From the sequence record SRR20825006_1186: DNA of 34,048 nucleotides. The stretch is one strand, 5' to 3'. Both the position numbers and the translations under genes were made by a program. A model generated the notes under the pieces. That model did no database searches and was not told the origin of the DNA. It saw nothing but the letters and a program-made list of their open reading frames with translations. Positions 28,636-34,048 of this stretch are shown here, one piece after another (position 1 is the stretch's first letter; each line of letters begins with the position of its first letter).

Positions 28636-30750
28636 GTGAATGCCGTGAGTGATGTGCAGCCAACAGAGATGGTGGTCGAAGGTCCGAAACGCTCGGCATG
28701 GCGCAACCTGTCCTATGTCTGGTTGGTGCCATTGGCGGCCTTGGCCGTGACGCTTTTCATTGCCTGGCAAAGCTGGGCCGAACGGGGTCAACGCATTGAA
28801 ATTCTGTTTGAAAACGCAGCCGGCATCACCGCAAATGAAACCGCTCTGCGCTACCGGGATGTCACCATTGGCCTGGTCGAAGACGTGGCCTTTTCCGCCG
28901 ATCTGACCTCTGTCGTGATCGGCGCGCGCATTGATCGGACGGTGGCGGAGTCCTTGCCCGCCGATGCCGAATTCTGGGTCGTGCGCCCCGAAGTCTCCGC
29001 CAGCGGCATTTCCGGCCTCTCCACCGTGCTTTCGGGCGCCTATATTCAGGCCGCCTTCGACCCCGCCCCCGGCGCAGGCACCACCAAATTTGTCGGACGC
29101 GATGACACGCCCTTGGTCTTGCCCGGTATGAAAGGCACAAAAATCACCCTGCGCACCGCCTCGGGATCGCAACTCACCCCCGGCGCGCCGATTTTTCACA
29201 AAGGCATCGAAGTCGGCAAAATCGAAAGCCCGCGCCTGATCGACAATGGCTCGGGCGTGATGGTCGACGCCTTTATCAACGCGCCCTATGACACACGCCT
29301 CACCTCCGCCACGCGGTTTTGGCAAACCTCTGGTTTCTCAATCAATTTTGGCCCAAGCGGCCTTAATCTTTCGGTTGACTCGGTCGCCAGTCTTGTGCGC
29401 GGCGGGTTGGCCTTTGACACGGTGTTTTCCGGCGGAGGCCCGGTGCGACCCGGGCAGGTTTTTGATCTGTTCGAGGGCGAAGAAGAGGCGCGCGACAGTG
29501 TGTTCAGCGAGACCATCGACAATGCTGTCGATTTGACGGTCGAGTTTGATGAATCCGTCAGCGGCCTGTCCGCAGGCTCACCCGTGCTCTATCGCGGCGT
29601 GCGCATTGGTGCGGTTTCTGATATTGGCGCTTTCATCGAAGACATGCCCGATGGCCCTGCGGTCAAATTGCGCGCGATGATTTCGATTGATCCGCAGCGG
29701 CTCGGTCTGACTGCCGACGCCCCCGCCGCAGAAACCATCGCGTTTTTCGCCAATGCCGTCAAAGGTGGGCTGCGCGCGCGGCTGGCTTCGCAAAGCCTGT
29801 TCAACACCTCGCTGGTGATCGAACTGGCGGATATCCCGGACGCAAACCCGGCGATTCTTGGGATTTTCTCCGAATCCGCGCCGCTTTTGCCCTCCGTGCC
29901 CTCTGATTTACCGGATGTGGGCGCGACTGCCGAGGGGTTGTTGAAACGGGTCAATGACCTGCCGGTCGAGGAGTTGTTGGATCAAACCATCGCCACGCTC
30001 GCCGCCGTCGAAAGCCTTGCGGGCGACGAAACCCTGCGCGCCGCACCTGATGCATTTGTCGCGCTGTTGGATGACGCGCGCGGGTTGATTGGTAGCCCCG
30101 ATACGCAGGCCCTCCCCGCCGAGTTGAAAGCCGCCGTTTCCGAGTTGCGCGCAGTGTCCGAAGAGTTGCGGCAAGCGGACGCGGTGGGCAAACTTGTCGC
30201 CGCCTTGGATGCCGCCGAAGAGGCCGCGACATCGGTCACAGACGTGGCCGCCGACATCGAAGGCGCCACGGCGGAGTTGCCGCAACTGGTGGCCGATTTA
30301 CAAAAATTGACCAACAAGGCCAATTCGCTTGAAGTCGAACAATTCCTCGCCTCTGCCGGGGCGTTTTTGGACGGCGCGGATCGGTTGATCGACACGCCGG
30401 ACGCCCGCGCCCTGCCCGCAAGCCTGACCGCCGCTTTGGATGAAGCTCGCAGCGCCTTGGCCGAATTGCGCGCCGGTGGCGTAGTTGAAAACACCAACGC
30501 CACGCTGTCGTCCGCCCGCGATGCCGCATCCGCGATTGAACAGGCGGCGCAGAGCCTGCCGGAACTGTCCGCCCGGATCGAAACCCTCGTGGCCGAGGCC
30601 GAAAAGACCCTTGCGGGCTATGGCAGCCAATCCAGCTTCAACCGCGAAACACTCTCGTCCCTGCGCGAAGTGCGCGCGGCGGCACAAGCGCTGAGCAAGC
30701 TCGCCCGCGCCATTGAACGCAACCCCAATTCCCTCTTGTTTGGACGGTGA
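28636..30750 (+). CDS. pqiB: PqiB-type multi-MCE intermembrane transport protein
   Basis: N-terminal TM (WLVPLAALAV), three MCE domains (FWVVRP...SGLSTVLSGAYI; IFHKGIEVG...TRFW; SVSGLSAGSPVLYRG...GLRARL), long helical C-terminus ending IERNPNSLLFG. Confidence 0.92.
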   Translation: MNAVSDVQPTEMVVEGPKRSAWRNLSYVWLVPLAALAVTLFIAWQSWAERGQRIEILFENAAGITANETALRYRDVTIGLVEDVAFSADLTSVVIGARIDRTVAESLPADAEFWVVRPEVSASGISGLSTVLSGAYIQAAFDPAPGAGTTKFVGRDDTPLVLPGMKGTKITLRTASGSQLTPGAPIFHKGIEVGKIESPRLIDNGSGVMVDAFINAPYDTRLTSATRFWQTSGFSINFGPSGLNLSVDSVASLVRGGLAFDTVFSGGGPVRPGQVFDLFEGEEEARDSVFSETIDNAVDLTVEFDESVSGLSAGSPVLYRGVRIGAVSDIGAFIEDMPDGPAVKLRAMISIDPQRLGLTADAPAAETIAFFANAVKGGLRARLASQSLFNTSLVIELADIPDANPAILGIFSESAPLLPSVPSDLPDVGATAEGLLKRVNDLPVEELLDQTIATLAAVESLAGDETLRAAPDAFVALLDDARGLIGSPDTQALPAELKAAVSELRAVSEELRQADAVGKLVAALDAAEEAATSVTDVAADIEGATAELPQLVADLQKLTNKANSLEVEQFLASAGAFLDGADRLIDTPDARALPASLTAALDEARSALAELRAGGVVENTNATLSSARDAASAIEQAAQSLPELSARIETLVAEAEKTLAGYGSQSSFNRETLSSLREVRAAAQALSKLARAIERNPNSLLFGR

Positions 30751-31316
30751 CCGATATGTTTCGTTTTCTCCCGCTTGCCCTTTTGCTTTTGGCCGCCTGT
30801 GGCGGCTCCGATCCACGCTATTTGATCGACACGGCCCCGGCAGAGACCGCAGCGCCGGTGCGGTTGCGCGTTGCAAACCTTGAGGTGCGCGAAGTGTCGC
30901 TCCCGGCCTATGCCGAGGAATCGCAAATCCTTTTGGAGGGCGGTGACGGTGCACTGACCCCGGTCAAAGGTGCGGCTTGGGCGGATGAGCCTGTGCGCGC
31001 TGTGACGCTTTTGCTGGCCGATACCATTGGCCGCGCTGGGTCGGCCACAGTGGCGGCGGAACCTTGGCCTTTGGCCACCCCGGCGCAGGCGGCAGTCGAA
31101 GTGCGTGTCTCGGAAATGGTGGCGCGGGCTTCGGGCCAGTTTGACCTCAAAGGCCAGTTCGCGATTTCATCCTATGATCATATCGTGCGCGAACGGATCG
31201 TGCGGTTTGACATCGCCGTCCCGCTTGGCGACACCTCGCCCGCAGGCATTGCCGCCGCCTCTGGCCTTGCTATGCGTCAACTAGCGCAAAAGATCACGCA
31301 AGAACTGTCTCGCTGA
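30747..31316 (+). CDS. pqiC: PqiC-type outer-membrane lipoprotein
   Basis: Lipobox LLAAC, motifs VSLPAY and WADEP; position directly after pqiB. Start is GTG 30747 or ATG 30756. Confidence 0.85.
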   Translation: MTDMFRFLPLALLLLAACGGSDPRYLIDTAPAETAAPVRLRVANLEVREVSLPAYAEESQILLEGGDGALTPVKGAAWADEPVRAVTLLLADTIGRAGSATVAAEPWPLATPAQAAVEVRVSEMVARASGQFDLKGQFAISSYDHIVRERIVRFDIAVPLGDTSPAGIAAASGLAMRQLAQKITQELSR

Positions 31317-31504
31317 CCCACGATCCGGGGCATAGGCCTGACTGGGATGAGATGATGCCTTTGGGTTTGACCCCCAAATGCTCGCCCCTCCCTTGGTCGA
31401 ACGCTGAATGCGTTCTCGCATTGCAAAACGTGCATCAATGCACTGATTGTTAAGATGCTCCCCTCATGGTGTTCCCAAACGCCATACAATTCAAGGGGAT
31501 CGAG

Positions 31505-33433
31505 ATGATTCGCGCTCAGCTGTCAAAACTATCAGTCCGAATCTACGCCATCGTCGTGATTGCCGTTGTTCTGATCGCAGTACTTACACAAATTCTATTG
31601 AATCTCGCCTACAACTCCGCGCTCGCCATGCGTGAACGACACCTAAGTGATGTTGTAGATACCGCCATCGCGTCCCTCATCGAGATCGACGATCAGGCAA
31701 AAGCCGGCGCTCTCACACATGAGCAAGCCATCGCCCTTGGTCAGGAGACCATGATGAAGATGCGCTATGGCGAAAGCGGCTACTTCTTTGTCTTGAATAA
31801 CCAAAACATCATGATCGCCCATCCGATCAAGCCAGAGCTGAACGGCACCGATCAGACCGACATCAAAGACACCCACGGCACCTACATTTTCCAGGAAATG
31901 ATCGAAATTGCCACCACCAAAGGCCGCGGTGCGTTGACGTATTACTTCGACAAACCGGACGGCAGCGGCGACGATGAAAAAATCAGTTTTGTGCGCGAAT
32001 ACGAACCTTGGGGTTGGATCGTTGGCACGGGCTCTTACATGTCTGACATCAATGATGATCTTACTGACATGAGAACCATCGGCCATAGCGTTCTGGCGGC
32101 AGCGCTCATCGCGCTCGGGCTCACCTCCGCTCTCCTTGTCCGAAGTGTCACGCACCCTCTTGACGCCTTGAAGGCACGTATGTCTGCCATGTCCCAAGGC
32201 GACACCCACACTGAAGTGCCGATGACCAACAACAAAAGTGAAATTGGCGAAATGGCCCGCGTCCTTGAAATCTTTAGGGTAGCCCTTGTTGAGCGTGCAG
32301 AACTTGCACAGGCTCAAATCGAAAAAGACGCCGCCATGGTGCGCGAACGGGAAGACGCCGCGGAGCGAGAACATCAGGCCAAACTCCGTGAAGCCGCCGT
32401 TGAGGAAAGCCGTCGCAAAGAACAAGAAAAGGCCCGCCAGGAAAAAGAGGCGGAGCGTGCCGAAGCCGAAGCCGAACGCGAACGAAACCTCAGAAATCAA
32501 CAGCGCGTCGTATCAACGCTTGCGGCGGGCCTCGGCGCCATGTCACGCGGCGATTTGACCGTGCGTATCAACGAAGACTTTCCGCCTGAATATGTAAAAC
32601 TGCGCACCGACTTCAATGATGCCGTTGAAAAAATCAGCCGCTTGGCCAGCACCATCGTTGAAGGGGCCGCCACCATCATTGGTGAAACCGACAACCTCAA
32701 CAGCGCCGCGATAGATCTGAGCCGTCGCACGGAAACTCAAGCCGCCTCCCTTGAAGAAACCGCGGCAGCGATCACCGAACTTGCCGCTTCTGTAGACAGC
32801 TCAGCCCGCAGTGCAAAAGATGCTGCCGGCACGGTTGGCCAAACCAAAGACCGCTCAACGGCGGGGCGCCATGTTGTCCAGCGGACCGTCAAAGCCATGA
32901 ACGACATTGCAGAAAGCTCAACCCAGATTTCCAAGATCACCAGCGTCATTGATGACATTGCATTCCAAACCAATCTCTTGGCCCTGAACGCCGGCGTCGA
33001 AGCCGCGCGAGCTGGCGATTCGGGCAGGGGCTTTGCCGTCGTTGCCTCCGAAGTGAGGGCCCTGGCACAACGCAGCTCCGAGGCGGCAAACGAGATTGCG
33101 AAACTGATCGAAACATCGGGGCGTCAAGTCGACGAGGGTGTGCAACTCGTGAATGCATCTGGGGATGCGCTCGCCGAGATTGAGACCCTTGTGGCAAGCT
33201 TGGACGGCCTTGTTCAGACCATTTCGACCTCTGCTTCTGAACAATCTGTCGGTCTCGCGGAAATATCAACAGCCGTCAGCCAACTGGATCAGGTGACACA
33301 ACACAACGCGGCCATGTTCGAAGAGACCACCGCGGCCTTGCAATCCCTGAAAGCTCAAGCCACCGCCCTCGAGCGTGACAGCTCTGTGCTCAAAACGACA
33401 AATGAAGATGAAGAGGTGAGACTGGTCTCTTAA
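31505..33433 (+). CDS. Methyl-accepting chemotaxis protein with sCache_2 sensor and two HAMP domains
   Basis: TM1; periplasmic [10 protein letters not shown]...HPIKPEL.G...[21 protein letters not shown]2; HAMP; signalling tip [50 protein letters not shown] before ATG 31505. Confidence 0.95.
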   Translation: MIRAQLSKLSVRIYAIVVIAVVLIAVLTQILLNLAYNSALAMRERHLSDVVDTAIASLIEIDDQAKAGALTHEQAIALGQETMMKMRYGESGYFFVLNNQNIMIAHPIKPELNGTDQTDIKDTHGTYIFQEMIEIATTKGRGALTYYFDKPDGSGDDEKISFVREYEPWGWIVGTGSYMSDINDDLTDMRTIGHSVLAAALIALGLTSALLVRSVTHPLDALKARMSAMSQGDTHTEVPMTNNKSEIGEMARVLEIFRVALVERAELAQAQIEKDAAMVREREDAAEREHQAKLREAAVEESRRKEQEKARQEKEAERAEAEAERERNLRNQQRVVSTLAAGLGAMSRGDLTVRINEDFPPEYVKLRTDFNDAVEKISRLASTIVEGAATIIGETDNLNSAAIDLSRRTETQAASLEETAAAITELAASVDSSARSAKDAAGTVGQTKDRSTAGRHVVQRTVKAMNDIAESSTQISKITSVIDDIAFQTNLLALNAGVEAARAGDSGRGFAVVASEVRALAQRSSEAANEIAKLIETSGRQVDEGVQLVNASGDALAEIETLVASLDGLVQTISTSASEQSVGLAEISTAVSQLDQVTQHNAAMFEETTAALQSLKAQATALERDSSVLKTTNEDEEVRLVS

Positions 33434-33471
33434 ATGTCTCTCACGGCTGAGACTTGCACCAAACGCGCCTC

Positions 33472-33507
33472 CCCGCATGTCTCATCAGACATGCGGGAAT
33501 TTGCTTT
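33472..33507 (+). terminator. Probable intrinsic terminator of the MCP gene
   Basis: Perfect 11-bp stem CCCGCATGTCT-CATC-AGACATGCGGG about 40 nt after the stop, followed by a weak U-tract (AATTTGCTTT). Confidence 0.6.
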
Positions 33508-33950
33508 GCTGGAACATATAGCCCGAATTGGTCAAATTTCTGAGCGCATGGTGGCATCAATGGAGGTTTGCCGCCGGATGAAACAAATCCAGTTAAGCGA
33601 GTCGATCATCGAGTGGCGCATTCCAATGCCGCGCCGCAGCGTTTTGGCCCGACACTCGACGGCTGCGTCTATATGGGCGCTCAACGTCCCAAACAGCGAA
33701 CGTGAGCAAGCAATTTCAAGATTTCACTCTGCTGCAGAGATCGAAACTAACAATCTGTAAAGTCATGACATTTCAGATTTGTAAATTTAATTTACACAAA
33801 GTGACGTACATTCGTGAAGTGATTTACAAATAAATCTATTTAATGCAGCAAGTTACGGGCATTTTCACATCAAACTCTGTAAAGCTGATCTGGAGGAAGG
33901 ACTCTGCCTTGCGCAGGGTCACGTCAAGAATACGAGAACTGGGAGGCGAC

Positions 33951-34048
33951 ATGTCCGAAGACACCACCACAATGACCGTTCCTTCCGAGGCATTTGCTTC
34001 GAAGGCACATATTTCCGCAGAAAAATACACCGACATGTACGCGCGCTC
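33951..34048 (+). CDS. acs: Acetyl-CoA synthetase N-terminus (partial, runs off the window)
   Basis: GGGAGG RBS; MSEDTTTMTVPSEAFASKAHISAEKYTDMYAR matches the typical alphaproteobacterial Acs start (PS..FA.KAHI.A..Y..MY). Only 32 codons are visible. Confidence 0.7.
   Translation, partial: MSEDTTTMTVPSEAFASKAHISAEKYTDMYAR

Noticed and set aside
33434-33760. 108-aa ORF directly after the MCP gene
   Set aside because: It runs through the terminator hairpin and has no recognisable domain; only the shorter 33578 start is kept as a weak possibility.

Overview
GC-rich alphaproteobacterial DNA, probably Rhodobacteraceae (opgGIHC gene order, Tat-type substrate-binding protein). From left to right: (i) the 5' part of an exopolysaccharide priming sugar transferase; (ii) a ~21 kb, tightly coupled catabolic cluster (831-22001) in three transcription units; (iii) the osmoregulated periplasmic glucan operon opgGIHC, divergent from a pqiA-pqiA-pqiB-pqiC operon; (iv) an sCache-type chemoreceptor; (v) the start of acetyl-CoA synthetase. 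In the cluster, the leftward unit encodes a BMP-type nucleoside/nucleobase ABC transporter, an 8-oxoguanine-deaminase-like enzyme, a Rieske-less oxygenase and guanine deaminase. The middle unit encodes an acylphosphatase-like protein, a stand-alone Rieske protein, a GST-like protein and a LysR regulator. The rightward unit encodes a two-subunit ThDP enzyme, a GMC oxidoreductase, a third amidohydrolase, a second Rieske-less oxygenase, an FAD+molybdenum fused xanthine-dehydrogenase-like enzyme with a separate 2Fe-2S subunit, and an aldehyde dehydrogenase. The most interesting element is a 'split' Rieske oxygenase system resembling the NdmC/NdmD/NdmE methylxanthine N7-demethylase: two different catalytic subunits, one shared Rieske carrier lacking the reductase half, and no reductase in the window. 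It sits in what looks like an uncharacterised pathway for modified purines (or related heterocycles), with two homologous LysR-box promoters. Family assignments come from motif reading and recollection of family sequences; no database search was run.
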